Of a DNA stretch of 64,000 nucleotides, positions 38,212 to 47,652 are shown in pieces. A program made the position numbers and the translations under genes. The notes beneath the pieces are model-generated. The model was not told where the DNA came from. It did no database searches and was given only the letters and a program-made list of their open reading frames with translations. The stretch spans positions 96,001-160,000 of the forward strand of contig JBFXKG010000002.1 in NCBI GenBank assembly GCA_050174015.1, read 5' to 3'. Each line of letters opens with the position of its first letter. Position 1 is the stretch's first letter. The stretch comes from Candidatus Krumholzibacteriia bacterium. Lineage in GTDB: Bacteria > Krumholzibacteriota > Krumholzibacteriia > LZORAL124-64-63.

Positions 38212-41200
38212 TTACCGAACCAGCATCAACTTCCCGGTCACCGGAGCGATTCCATCCTGCTGCAGGCGGGCCAGATAGGTCCCGCTTGGCGCCTGGCGGC
38301 CCTGTTCGTCCCGGCCGTCCCAGAGGACCTGATGATCACCGACCGGCATGGTCCGATCGACGATCCGCCGCACCAGGCGGCCGCGCACGTCATAGATCTC
38401 CAGCCCCACGTGGCCCGGCGTGGCGACCGCGAAGTGGAGCACGGTGCGGGGATTGAAGGGATTGGGATGGCCCGCCAGGGTGGAGGGGGATGCCGCCGGC
38501 GGACCATCCTGGACGCCTGACACATCCTCGCCATAGACGAGGGTGACAGGCAGGAAGTGGGCGTTCACCGGGTCGTTGCCGACGATGACGACGGAGGTGG
38601 AGTGCACGCCGGGAACCACGGCCGACACGTCGAACGAAAGCTCCAGCGTCGCCGAATCTCCCGGAGCAATGGCCGAGGTGGACCAGGCGACCTCGAGCCA
38701 GGGCGCGGATTCGTAGACCTCGCTCAGGCGCAGGGGCATCACGCCGTCGTTGTGGATCCGGATGGGATCCCCGGGTTCGGTGGGCGCCAGGGCCAGGGCC
38801 GCGGGGATGTCGATCAGGCCGGCGCCGGTGTAGTCGTCCCGACCGGAGCTCGCCGGCGAGGCGGACAGGTCGACGGCCGTGGTCTCCAGCAGCTCGGCGA
38901 TCTGCCCCGGGGTGATCCCCGGGTTGGCCTGCATGAGGATGCACGCGGCGCCGGTCACCAGGGGACAGGCCATGCTGGTTCCGGTGTAGACCACGTAGCC
39001 GTAGTCGCCGCTGCAGCTGCGGATCAGTTCCCCTGGCGCGGCCACGTCCGGCTTCTGCAAACCGGGCGGGTAGGGATAGTCGCGGTAGCTGGCCGTGCTG
39101 AAAGGATTGGTCACGTCCCAGGACGTGGGCCCGTAGCTGCTGGTGCCGGAGAGGGTCAGGTCCTGCTTGATCCCGCCCACGGTGATCACGGCGCCCTGGC
39201 CGCCGTTGGGCGCGTACCAGGGGTTGGGGCAGTCGCCGGGGCTGGCGATGTCGGTGGGCAGGGGGAAATGCCCGCCGTAGCCGTCCCCGTTGCCGGCGGC
39301 GGCGATCAGGGGGATGCCCACGCTCAGGAAGAGCTCGCTGTTGTAGCGGTTGGCCGCCCGCACGTCGTCCGGAGCGTTGGACCAGCCGGCGCTCATGCTG
39401 AAGATCTCCACGCCGTTGTCCAGACCGAACTGCTCGGCGGCCACGAGGTCCTCGAAGTAGCCGGGCACCGCGCGCAGGGCCATCAGGACGGCCCCGGGGG
39501 CGCTGCCGCAGGCGGTCCCCGCCGTGCCGTCGCCGACGATCAGGCCCGAGGTGTGCGTGCCGTGGTACCAGTCGGTGTCGCCGTCGTAGGGGTCGTTGTC
39601 CAGGTCGATGGCGTCGAAGCCGTGGTTCGGATACGCGGCGCCCCCGTCCCACATGTGCCGGTACAGGTCCGGATGGTCGTAGCAGATGCCGGTGTCGATG
39701 TGGCCGACGAGCACTCCGTCACCATCGAAGCCCGCGCCCCACGCCTCGGGGGCGCCGATGGTCTGAAGGTGCCAGGCCAGGGCCTTGTCGGCTCCCGAGG
39801 CAACCGGTCCAGCGGCCTGAGTCGCGGGGCCGCCGAAGGTCATGCTCTTCAGATCGTCCAGCCACAGTCTGCCCACCGACGGGTGGCCGGCAAGGGCGGC
39901 CACCCCCTCGGCGGTCATCTCCGCGACGGTGACCTGGGCCGACCAGTAGGTCCGGGCGGGGCGGGCGAGTCCCCGCCGGACCAGGTCGTCCAGAACCGGT
40001 GCGAGTTCGCGGCTCTGCCGCTGCGCAATCGTTCGCGCGGCATCCAGCACGGCCGCCCGGCGCACCCCGGGATCGGCCGATTTCAGGGCGGCGGACATGG
40101 CCGCCGGATCGAGGCGTTCGGCGGGCACGATCACCACGCGCAGCAGCTCGGAGGCCCCGGCCTTGGCGGTGGCTGACGCCAGGCGCTCGCTGACCACCGG
40201 CAGGTGCACTTCGCGCCGCACCGGGGGGTCGCCCACGAGCCCGTCGATCCGGGCCTTGTCCAGGGCGACGACCTTGGTGAACGAGGCGGGTTCCAGGCGC
40301 AGGACGGGATCGCCGTCCACCCAGGTGAAGGTACGCTCGAAGATGTTGTCGGTCTCGCCGATCTCGGCGATCGCACCCCCGGCATCCAGGCGCACGGTCA
40401 ACGTGTGCTGGCCGGAGCCGACGATCAGGGGATGGTCCTCGAGGGGGAAGTACGACCCGGCGGGCATGCTGCCCCCGAGGGTCCAGACGGCGACCTCGGA
40501 GCCGTCGAGATCAAGGGCGACGTCGAATTCGCCGGTGATGTCCGCCAGACCGCCGTTCATGAAGGCGAAGCTCACGAAGGTCGTGTCGCCGGCGGACAGC
40601 CACTCGGCGGTGCGTCCGCCGCGCTCCATCGAGACCGTCAGGAAGGAGTCCCAGCCGGCGGGGGTGAAGGGCGACAGGTCGGGCGAGAGCCCGCGGCGGC
40701 TGGTGTAGACGTTGTGGCCCTGGGTGGGATAGTCGCGGCGGTCGATCCATGCCGCGGCCGCTCCCGCGCTCGCCGCCGCGCCGGCGCAGGAGTGGAACTG
40801 GGGCTCGACCCGGGGCTGGTCGCTGACGATCTCCACCCCGCCGAACATGTCGATGTGGCCGAACCCCGAGCCCATGCGCCCGGCCAGGGTGAACTCGTCC
40901 GCGCCAGGAGGGCCGTCCAGCCACAGGCAACCCACGATCCCCTCGTGGGCGAAGATCGCCGGCCCCACGCTCTCGTACTCGTCGGCGATCATGCCGTAGG
41001 GGCCGAAGAAGGTCGCCCCCGCGTCCCACGAGTAGATGTAGATGATGTCCCCGTCGGTGCTCAGTCCGTCGGAGTAGTCCAGCTGGAAGACCGTGTAGAC
41101 CGCGTCGCCCCGGCACGCCAGGCGGGGGAAGCCCGTGTTGTTGGACGTCCAGCCGCTCAGGCTGCCCGGGTCGCAGAAGCACCCGTCGTAGGTGTCGGTG

Positions 41201-42267
41201 GCGATCAGGATCTCCACTTCGCCCGTGTAAGGGTCGGCCTCGGCGTTGATGAAGTGGACTGTGCCCGCGTCCATGGCCACGTCGGGCCACAGGTCCTCGT
41301 ACCCGTCGGGCAGGAAGTAGTCGTAGTTGACGGTCTGGCCGCCGTTGGTGGAGTGGAGGAACAGCAGGGTCCATTCGTACTGCAGCCAGTCCCAGTTGAT
41401 GGTGTTCCAGCCGACGGCGATGAAGACCTTGGCGTAGTTGCCGGCGCCCGAGACCGCGATGGACGGCGTGGCCAAAGGTTCACCCACCTGGAACCCCAGC
41501 ACCTCGCCCCACGCGGTGGGGTCGCCGGGCTGGGCCGAGCGCGTGCGGATGAGGTACCCGTCGGCGCGCACCCACACCACGTGGATGTAGCCGCCGCCGT
41601 CGATGGCCAGTTCGGGGTGGTACTCGTCGCTGGAGAACGAGGGCATCTCCCAGCTGGTCCAGGTGCGGCCCAGGTCCAGGGAGCGGGCGATGTGGACGTC
41701 CCGGTCGACCCCGCCCAGATCGGTGGCGGCGAAGACCGCGAACAGGAAGCCCGACACCGGATCCACCGCGAGGGAGACGTACTCGTCGTTCATGTCGGTG
41801 GGGTTGGCCAGGAGGCGGTCGGGACCCCAGGGGGCGGCCCCCTTGACCGCGGCGGCGCGGGGGGGCGGGCCGGATGCAGGTCCGGCCGCCGGGGCCCCGC
41901 GCATGAACCGCGGATCCTGGAGGCGGGCGATGGCTTTTTCCAGCTCGGGAGTCAGGACGCTGCGGGATTCCTCCCGGACGCCTGCCTGCCTGGTCGATCC
42001 GGTCAGGTCGATCTCGGCGAAGGGAGGGCGTTTGCCCAGGTCGTCCCCGGCGGTCCGGGCCGTGGCGCGGTGACGGGTCGGTCTGGAGTGGACGTCCACG
42101 GGTCCGGCCTGCGGCAGCCGCTGGTGATGGCTCACGGCAGCCGGCAGGCGGACCTCCTTGGCCAGGGCGAGGGGGACCGGGTGCTCCTGGGACCGGCCTG
42201 CTCCCGACAGCAGCAGGATGGCGGCGCCGAGGGCCAGCATGCTGGTGATGGATCCGGGACGCTGCAT
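38212..42267 (-). CDS. Multidomain S8 subtilase: Asp-box propeller + CARDB-like + S8 + Ig + FlgD-Ig domain
   Basis: Triad HIDTG, HGTHTSG and GTSMACP, oxyanion AAGN. Asp-boxes RSLDLGRTW and SWDAGATF. C-terminal HPNPFNP. Confidence 0.88.
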   Translation of the reverse strand: MQRPGSITSMLALGAAILLLSGAGRSQEHPVPLALAKEVRLPAAVSHHQRLPQAGPVDVHSRPTRHRATARTAGDDLGKRPPFAEIDLTGSTRQAGVREESRSVLTPELEKAIARLQDPRFMRGAPAAGPASGPPPRAAAVKGAAPWGPDRLLANPTDMNDEYVSLAVDPVSGFLFAVFAATDLGGVDRDVHIARSLDLGRTWTSWEMPSFSSDEYHPELAIDGGGYIHVVWVRADGYLIRTRSAQPGDPTAWGEVLGFQVGEPLATPSIAVSGAGNYAKVFIAVGWNTINWDWLQYEWTLLFLHSTNGGQTVNYDYFLPDGYEDLWPDVAMDAGTVHFINAEADPYTGEVEILIATDTYDGCFCDPGSLSGWTSNNTGFPRLACRGDAVYTVFQLDYSDGLSTDGDIIYIYSWDAGATFFGPYGMIADEYESVGPAIFAHEGIVGCLWLDGPPGADEFTLAGRMGSGFGHIDMFGGVEIVSDQPRVEPQFHSCAGAAASAGAAAAWIDRRDYPTQGHNVYTSRRGLSPDLSPFTPAGWDSFLTVSMERGGRTAEWLSAGDTTFVSFAFMNGGLADITGEFDVALDLDGSEVAVWTLGGSMPAGSYFPLEDHPLIVGSGQHTLTVRLDAGGAIAEIGETDNIFERTFTWVDGDPVLRLEPASFTKVVALDKARIDGLVGDPPVRREVHLPVVSERLASATAKAGASELLRVVIVPAERLDPAAMSAALKSADPGVRRAAVLDAARTIAQRQSRELAPVLDDLVRRGLARPARTYWSAQVTVAEMTAEGVAALAGHPSVGRLWLDDLKSMTFGGPATQAAGPVASGADKALAWHLQTIGAPEAWGAGFDGDGVLVGHIDTGICYDHPDLYRHMWDGGAAYPNHGFDAIDLDNDPYDGDTDWYHGTHTSGLIVGDGTAGTACGSAPGAVLMALRAVPGYFEDLVAAEQFGLDNGVEIFSMSAGWSNAPDDVRAANRYNSELFLSVGIPLIAAAGNGDGYGGHFPLPTDIASPGDCPNPWYAPNGGQGAVITVGGIKQDLTLSGTSSYGPTSWDVTNPFSTASYRDYPYPPGLQKPDVAAPGELIRSCSGDYGYVVYTGTSMACPLVTGAACILMQANPGITPGQIAELLETTAVDLSASPASSGRDDYTGAGLIDIPAALALAPTEPGDPIRIHNDGVMPLRLSEVYESAPWLEVAWSTSAIAPGDSATLELSFDVSAVVPGVHSTSVVIVGNDPVNAHFLPVTLVYGEDVSGVQDGPPAASPSTLAGHPNPFNPRTVLHFAVATPGHVGLEIYDVRGRLVRRIVDRTMPVGDHQVLWDGRDEQGRQAPSGTYLARLQQDGIAPVTGKLMLVR

Positions 42268-42462
42268 GGACCGCTCCAGATGAAATTGATGAAAAAAACT
42301 TTTTTGCGCAAGATGATTATATCATGTATGGTGCATATTTGTCATTAAAATAAAAAATTTATCTTTTTGTTATCATCTGGTGGGCCACCGGATATTCCCC
42401 AGGCGGGTCCATTTCAGGCCCTGGTGGAGCCGGAGGCCGATCCGTTCGCAGCGGGATGGGCG

Positions 42463-42492
42463 TTGCCGTGCCGCAAGATCCCCTGTTATGGT
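42463..42492 (+). promoter_or_regulatory. Putative sigma70 promoter for the operon starting at 42517
   Basis: TTGCCG-N18-TATGGT with extended -10 TG. Confidence 0.45.
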
Positions 42493-42516
42493 AGGGTGGA
42501 ACCCGATGAGGAGATC

Positions 42517-42921
42517 ATGCCCCGACCGACCAAGGCATTCGAACCCAAGCTCTTCGAGTACGTCCTGCCCGGCGGCTGGATCGTCCTGGCCGGACGCACC
42601 GACCAGGACAACGACCACCTGTCCTTGAAGATGGCCGCCCCCAACGACTACTGGTTCCACGTGCGGGGCATGCCCGGCAGCCACGTGGTGCTGCGCGTGC
42701 CGGCCGGAGAGGATCCCGACAACGCCACGATCAAGGCGGCGGCGGCCATCGCCGCCTGGCACAGCAAGAAGCGGGAGGCCAGGCAGGTGGGAGTCAGCTG
42801 CACGCGGGCACGGTTCGTCACCAAGCCGCGGGGGGCCAAACCCGGGACGGTGGAGATCCGCAAGGAGAAGGTCGTGACCGTCCGTCCCGCGGTGCCGGCC
42901 GGATCCGAGGAGGAAGCCTGA
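42517..42921 (+). CDS. Stand-alone NFACT-R (DUF814) RNA-binding domain protein
   Basis: GAGGAG RBS. AGRTDQDNDHLS, DYWFHVRGMPGSHVV, AAAIAAWHSK and VTKPRGAKPG. Confidence 0.85.
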   Translation: MPRPTKAFEPKLFEYVLPGGWIVLAGRTDQDNDHLSLKMAAPNDYWFHVRGMPGSHVVLRVPAGEDPDNATIKAAAAIAAWHSKKREARQVGVSCTRARFVTKPRGAKPGTVEIRKEKVVTVRPAVPAGSEEEA

Positions 42922-43412
42922 TGAGGTGGTTGATGATCCTGGCCTGCATCCTGACCACGGTCTGCGGGTGCTCCGGCAAGGGCATCGAGGTCAGGGCGGG
43001 AGACGCCCGGGAGGGCGTCCTCCGGTCCCCGGAAGTCCAGGCCGAGGCCGCGCCTCCGGAAGAGGGGTCATCCCTGCTATCCCCTGCGAACCTGGGAGTC
43101 TGGCTCGAGGACCGGGACTGGGATTTCCGGTCCTGGGTCGGGGACTTCCAGGAGGCCCTTTACCGGAACTGGGAGGCGCCCTACGCCTACCGCCTGGGCC
43201 TGATCAGCGGATCCACCAAACTCCGCCTGGAAATCGCCCGGGATGGGACCCTGGCCGGCCTGGAGGTCGTCCAGGAGGAGGGACATCCCTCGTTCACGGC
43301 CTACAGCCGCGAGTCGGTCGTGAAGACCTTTCCCGTGCCGCCCCTGCCGGAGGATTTCCAGGGGGAAGGCCTGACCATGACCCTGTTGCTGGACTACCCG
43401 CTCATCCGCTAG
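42921..43412 (+). CDS. Lipoprotein with TonB/TolA C-terminal-like domain
   Basis: Lipobox-like VCGC. YRNWEAP..LEIARDG..GHPSF..FPVPPLPEDF. Confidence 0.6.
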   Translation: MRWLMILACILTTVCGCSGKGIEVRAGDAREGVLRSPEVQAEAAPPEEGSSLLSPANLGVWLEDRDWDFRSWVGDFQEALYRNWEAPYAYRLGLISGSTKLRLEIARDGTLAGLEVVQEEGHPSFTAYSRESVVKTFPVPPLPEDFQGEGLTMTLLLDYPLIR

Positions 43413-43431
43413 AACGAGGAATGCCTGGACC

Positions 43432-44523
43432 ATGAACGGCCTGAACCTGCCCGAATCCCTGACCGCCCAGCTGGAGAACCCCTGGTTCCGGGCCCTGTTC
43501 ACCCTCCTGGCGGCCCTGCTGATCGGGGTCGCGCTGCGATTCCTGCTCATCCCTTTCCTGCGGAGGCTGACCAGCGCGACCACCTGGGAAATCGACGACG
43601 AGATCCTCGGCCGCCTGAATCCCGCCCTCTTCCAGACGGTCTTCCTGCTGGGGCTGGCGGCGGCCTTCCGGAGTCTGGTCACCCATCCCGGTGCGGACCA
43701 TGCCATCGGCGCAGCCGCCCTGACCCTGGTGGTTTTCGTCGGGGGCCGGTTCGCCCTCGAGGTGGGGGTCCTGGTCACCCGGAACCTCAGCCGGCAGGCC
43801 GGCCGGGTGTCCTGGATCCAGGCCCGCACCCTGCCCCTGGTCCAGTTCACGTACAAGGTGGTCGTGGTGGGGATGATGGCCTACCTCGTCATGAGCGCCT
43901 GGCGGATCGACCTGACGACCTGGCTGGCCAGCGCCGGCGTGGCCGGCATCGCCATCGGCTTCGCGGCCAAGGACACCCTGGCCAACTTCATCAGCGGGAT
44001 CTTCATCCTCGCCGACGCGCCCTACAAGGTGGGCGACTACATCATCATCGACGGAGTGACCCGCGGCGAGGTCACCGAGATCGGCATGCGTTCGACGCGC
44101 CTGCTGACGCGGGAGAACGTCGAGGTCACGGTTCCCAACGCGGTGATCGGCAACGCCAAGATCGTGAACGAATCCAGCGGGCCGTCGCCGTTGATGAGGG
44201 TGGGCGTCGGCGTAGGAGTGGCCTACGGCAGCGACGTGGACCGGGTGAAGGAGGTGCTGCTGGGCTGCACCGCGGACGTCGCCCACGTCAGCCCGCTGAA
44301 GGATCCGACGGTCCGTTTCCTGGCCATGGGGGAATCCAGCCTGGACTTCGAGGTCAGGGTCTTCGTGGAACAGCCGGAGTTCCGGGGGTTGGTGGTCGAC
44401 GCCCTGAACACGCGCATCTACAAGGCGCTCGGCGAGGCCGGCATCCAGATCCCCTTCCCCCAGCGGGACGTGCACCTCAAGGGCTGGGAGGCGCCGCGGT
44501 ACCGTCCGGACGTCCGGACATGA
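43432..44523 (+). CDS. Small-conductance mechanosensitive channel, MscS family
   Basis: GVAGIAIGFAAKDTLANFISG, PYKVGD, IGMRST, VPN and IPFPQR. Confidence 0.92.
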   Translation: MNGLNLPESLTAQLENPWFRALFTLLAALLIGVALRFLLIPFLRRLTSATTWEIDDEILGRLNPALFQTVFLLGLAAAFRSLVTHPGADHAIGAAALTLVVFVGGRFALEVGVLVTRNLSRQAGRVSWIQARTLPLVQFTYKVVVVGMMAYLVMSAWRIDLTTWLASAGVAGIAIGFAAKDTLANFISGIFILADAPYKVGDYIIIDGVTRGEVTEIGMRSTRLLTRENVEVTVPNAVIGNAKIVNESSGPSPLMRVGVGVGVAYGSDVDRVKEVLLGCTADVAHVSPLKDPTVRFLAMGESSLDFEVRVFVEQPEFRGLVVDALNTRIYKALGEAGIQIPFPQRDVHLKGWEAPRYRPDVRT

Positions 44524-44536
44524 CGACGAGGCGGAC

Positions 44537-45457
44537 ATGGTGACGGACGGGCCGATCGGATCCGGCTCCCCCCGGGCTCCGGGCCGACCCCTGCCCTTGT
44601 TGGTCCTCGGCGCTCTGATCATCTCCTTTTCACCGGTCTTCGTGAAATCGGCCGCTCTGGACGGTCTGGGTCCCACGAGCATCGCATTCTGGAGACTGGC
44701 GCTCGGGGGGGCGCCTCTGGTCGTCCTGGCTGCCGTCAAGCGGACTCCCTTGCGCATTTCCCGGCGCGTGCTCGGGATGGCGATCCTGGCCGGAGCGGTC
44801 TTCACGGCGGACCTCTACCTCTGGCACCGGTCCATCCATCTCATCGGGGCGGGTCTCGCCACCATCCTCGGCAACACCCAGGTCTTCAACACCGCGATCC
44901 TGGCCTGGCTGCTGTTCCGGGAGCGGCCGGCGGCCAGGTTCTATCCCGCGGCGATCCTGGGGCTGGCGGGTGTGTCCCTGCTCGTGGGCGTGGGGGGCGG
45001 CGTCGCCATGGTGGGCGACCACCTCGCCGGCGTCCTGTTCGGTCTGGGCACCGGGGTGGCCTATGCCTGCTACCTGGTCACGACCCGCTCCATGGCGCAG
45101 AGGACGTCACGTCCGCCCCTGTTGACGATCGTGGCCTGGGTCTCCATCATGGGGGCGGTCTGCAGCCTGGTCGTCTGCGGATTCGAGGACGATCCCTTCC
45201 TGCCGACCAGCGGGACAACCTGGGCGAACCTGGTCGGCCTGGGCGTGCTGGTCCAGGCCGCGGGATGGTGGGCGATCACGGCCGCGCTGCCCCGGGTCAA
45301 GGGATCGACCGCCGGGCTGGTCCTGCTCTTGCAGCCGGTGCTGGCCACGGTCTGGGGGGTGGTCCTCTTCGGGGAAACCCTGGCCGTGATGCAGCTGGCC
45401 GGGGCGGGGTTGACGATCTTCGCCATCTATCTGGGCACCGGAGTGGGGAACAGGTGA
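44537..45457 (+). CDS. DMT/EamA family transporter
   Basis: About 10 TM helices. AFWRL, GLATILGNTQ and LLLQPVLATVWGVVLFGE. Confidence 0.88.
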   Translation: MVTDGPIGSGSPRAPGRPLPLLVLGALIISFSPVFVKSAALDGLGPTSIAFWRLALGGAPLVVLAAVKRTPLRISRRVLGMAILAGAVFTADLYLWHRSIHLIGAGLATILGNTQVFNTAILAWLLFRERPAARFYPAAILGLAGVSLLVGVGGGVAMVGDHLAGVLFGLGTGVAYACYLVTTRSMAQRTSRPPLLTIVAWVSIMGAVCSLVVCGFEDDPFLPTSGTTWANLVGLGVLVQAAGWWAITAALPRVKGSTAGLVLLLQPVLATVWGVVLFGETLAVMQLAGAGLTIFAIYLGTGVGNR

Positions 45458-45477
45458 GAGAAGGGGGCGGGTGCACC

Positions 45478-45906
45478 ATGGGGAAGCGGTTGGAACCCAT
45501 CGGCAGGCGGTGGATGTCGAGACGGATGATCACCTGGGAAGTGCTGGCCTTCTCCGTCATCATCCTCATGATCTGGATCGACGAGATCATCGACGTTCCG
45601 CACCTGCTGCTCGACGCGGAGGCGACGCCCGTCAACTGGCGGGAATCGCTCCTCGAAAGCGTGTTCTTGGTCGGCCTGGGAGTGTTGGTGGTGATCTTGA
45701 CCCGGAGGTTGTTCGGCCGGATCAGGTCCCTGGAGGGCATCGTTCCGGTCTGCGCCTCGTGCAAGCAGATCCGGGACGAGAACGGCCGCTGGCAGCCCAT
45801 CGAGGTCTACATCGCCGAGAGGTCCGAGGCGGAGTTCAGCCACGGCCTCTGCCCCGAATGCGCCGGAAAGTATTTTCCCGAGGAAGGCATGGATCCACGG
45901 CCATGA
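45478..45906 (+). CDS. Small two-TM protein with C-terminal CxxC...HxxCxxC module
   Basis: Two TM helices, then LEGIVPVCASCKQIRD...FSHGLCPEC. Confidence 0.75.
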   Translation: MGKRLEPIGRRWMSRRMITWEVLAFSVIILMIWIDEIIDVPHLLLDAEATPVNWRESLLESVFLVGLGVLVVILTRRLFGRIRSLEGIVPVCASCKQIRDENGRWQPIEVYIAERSEAEFSHGLCPECAGKYFPEEGMDPRP

Positions 45907-46217
45907 AGTTCCACCACATCGGCATTCCCACCACCGAACCCCGGCCCGGGGAAACCTATCTGGCCCACCTCAAGCTCCACTGCACCGACCACCGGGTCAA
46001 CCCCTTCGGGATCCAGTGGATGCGATACGACCAGGACTGTCCCCTGCCGGAGGTCGTCAGGAACCTCACCCATGTGGCCTTCGAAGTGGATGATCTGGAT
46101 GCGGCCCTCGAAGGATGCGAGATCCTCATTCCCCCCAACTGCCCCTCGGAAGGCGTCAGGGTCGCCTTCGTTCTCAGCGACGGGGCTCCGGTCGAGTTCC
46201 TGGAGTTCACGGAGTAG
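45903..46217 (+). CDS. VOC/glyoxalase-like protein
   Basis: ATGA overlap with the previous gene. FHHIGIPT, HVAFEVDDLD and GAPVEFLE. Confidence 0.75.
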   Translation: MKFHHIGIPTTEPRPGETYLAHLKLHCTDHRVNPFGIQWMRYDQDCPLPEVVRNLTHVAFEVDDLDAALEGCEILIPPNCPSEGVRVAFVLSDGAPVEFLEFTE

Positions 46218-46225
46218 GCGCCGGA

Positions 46226-47479
46226 TCAGTCGCCGCGGCCGAGCGCCAGGCACACGTTCGTCCCGCCGAATCCGAAGGAGTTCGACAGGGCCGTGGTCCA
46301 CGGCCCACGCCGGATTTCGCGGAGCGGTGGGTAGTCTTCCAGCTCCGGATCCAGGGGATCGGCGTTGACCGAGGGGGCGAGCCACCCGCCGCGGAGCATC
46401 TCGAGCGTGAAGGCCGCCTCGATGGCGCCGGCGGCGCTGATGGTGTGGCCGGTGTAGCCCTTGGTCGACCCGTAACCGACCCTGTGATCGCCGAAGAGGC
46501 TGCGGATCGACCCGGCCTCGGCCACGTCCCCCAGGGGGGTGCTGGTCCCGTGCGTGTTGATGTAGTCGACGTGCTCGGGCAGGATGCCGGCGTGGGCAAG
46601 TGCCCGACGCATGGCCAGGACGCCGCCCTCGTTGCTCGGGACGACCATCTGTCCGTCCGCATTCGACGACAGCCCCGACCCCAGGATCAGACCGAGGACC
46701 TCCGCTCCCCTGGCGCGGGCGTGCTCCAGACTCTCCAGGGCGAGCACGCCCGCCCCCTCGGCGAAGATGAACCCAGCCCGGTCGGCGGCGTAGGGTCGCG
46801 AGGCCCGCTCGGGGCGGTCGTTGTCGGTGCCGTTGTAGGCCTGCATGGCGTCGAAGCCGGCGTGGAAGTGGGGGTCGTAGGACTCCACTCCGCCGGCGAG
46901 GGCGGATTCGGTCTGCCCGGATCGGATCATCAGGGCGGCCAGCGCGAGGTTCGCAGCCCCGCCCGCACAGGCGGCGGCGATGGAGAGGGATGGGCCGTCG
47001 GTGCGCAGCACCGTGGCGAGATTGGCCGATACGGTGGAGGACATCAGGCGGGGGACGACCGTGGGCGAGACGCGGCGCGCTCCACCGGAGGCCAGGCGTC
47101 CGGCCACCTCCTGGTGCGTGGGCACGTCCCCGGTCCCGCTGCCGATGAACAGGGCTGACTGCCCCGGGTTCAGGCCCGACCTAGCGATGGCCTCGCGGGC
47201 GGCCCGCAGGGCCAGCCGGGCCGACCGGCCGAAGAAGCGGCCCTCCTTCTTGGTGATGCCGATGGCCTCGTCGGAAACGTCGGCCGTGACGTGCCCGATG
47301 ATCCGACACCGGGCCTCCATCGCTTCGGCGGTCGGCTCCGCGGTGAAGGGGCCCGGCCTTCCTTCCCGGAGATGGGGCAGGGCATCGGCCAGGGTGGGAC
47401 CCAGGTTGCACACCACTCCCATGCCGGTCACGGCAACGAGCCGGCCATCCCGCGAATTGATCGATGCATCCATGGGCAT
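46226..47479 (-). CDS. Beta-ketoacyl-ACP synthase, FabB/FabF family
   Basis: VAVTGMG, AAACAGG (Cys), YINTHGTST, KGYTGHT and SNSFGFGGTN. Confidence 0.9.
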   Translation of the reverse strand: MPMDASINSRDGRLVAVTGMGVVCNLGPTLADALPHLREGRPGPFTAEPTAEAMEARCRIIGHVTADVSDEAIGITKKEGRFFGRSARLALRAAREAIARSGLNPGQSALFIGSGTGDVPTHQEVAGRLASGGARRVSPTVVPRLMSSTVSANLATVLRTDGPSLSIAAACAGGAANLALAALMIRSGQTESALAGGVESYDPHFHAGFDAMQAYNGTDNDRPERASRPYAADRAGFIFAEGAGVLALESLEHARARGAEVLGLILGSGLSSNADGQMVVPSNEGGVLAMRRALAHAGILPEHVDYINTHGTSTPLGDVAEAGSIRSLFGDHRVGYGSTKGYTGHTISAAGAIEAAFTLEMLRGGWLAPSVNADPLDPELEDYPPLREIRRGPWTTALSNSFGFGGTNVCLALGRGD

Positions 47480-47652
47480 ATTTTCTAAAACCTTGGTATA
47501 TAATTCCTTGTGTTGACCGCATTGATTCCGGGAAACCAGGCGGCCGGAAGAACCTCCCGGGATTGTAATCGGGAATGGATTTCAAGGTCAATATTACAAA
47601 ACAAAATTAATCCAAATTCAAGATCGGAGATGCGGCCGACCCCGGGCGAGGC

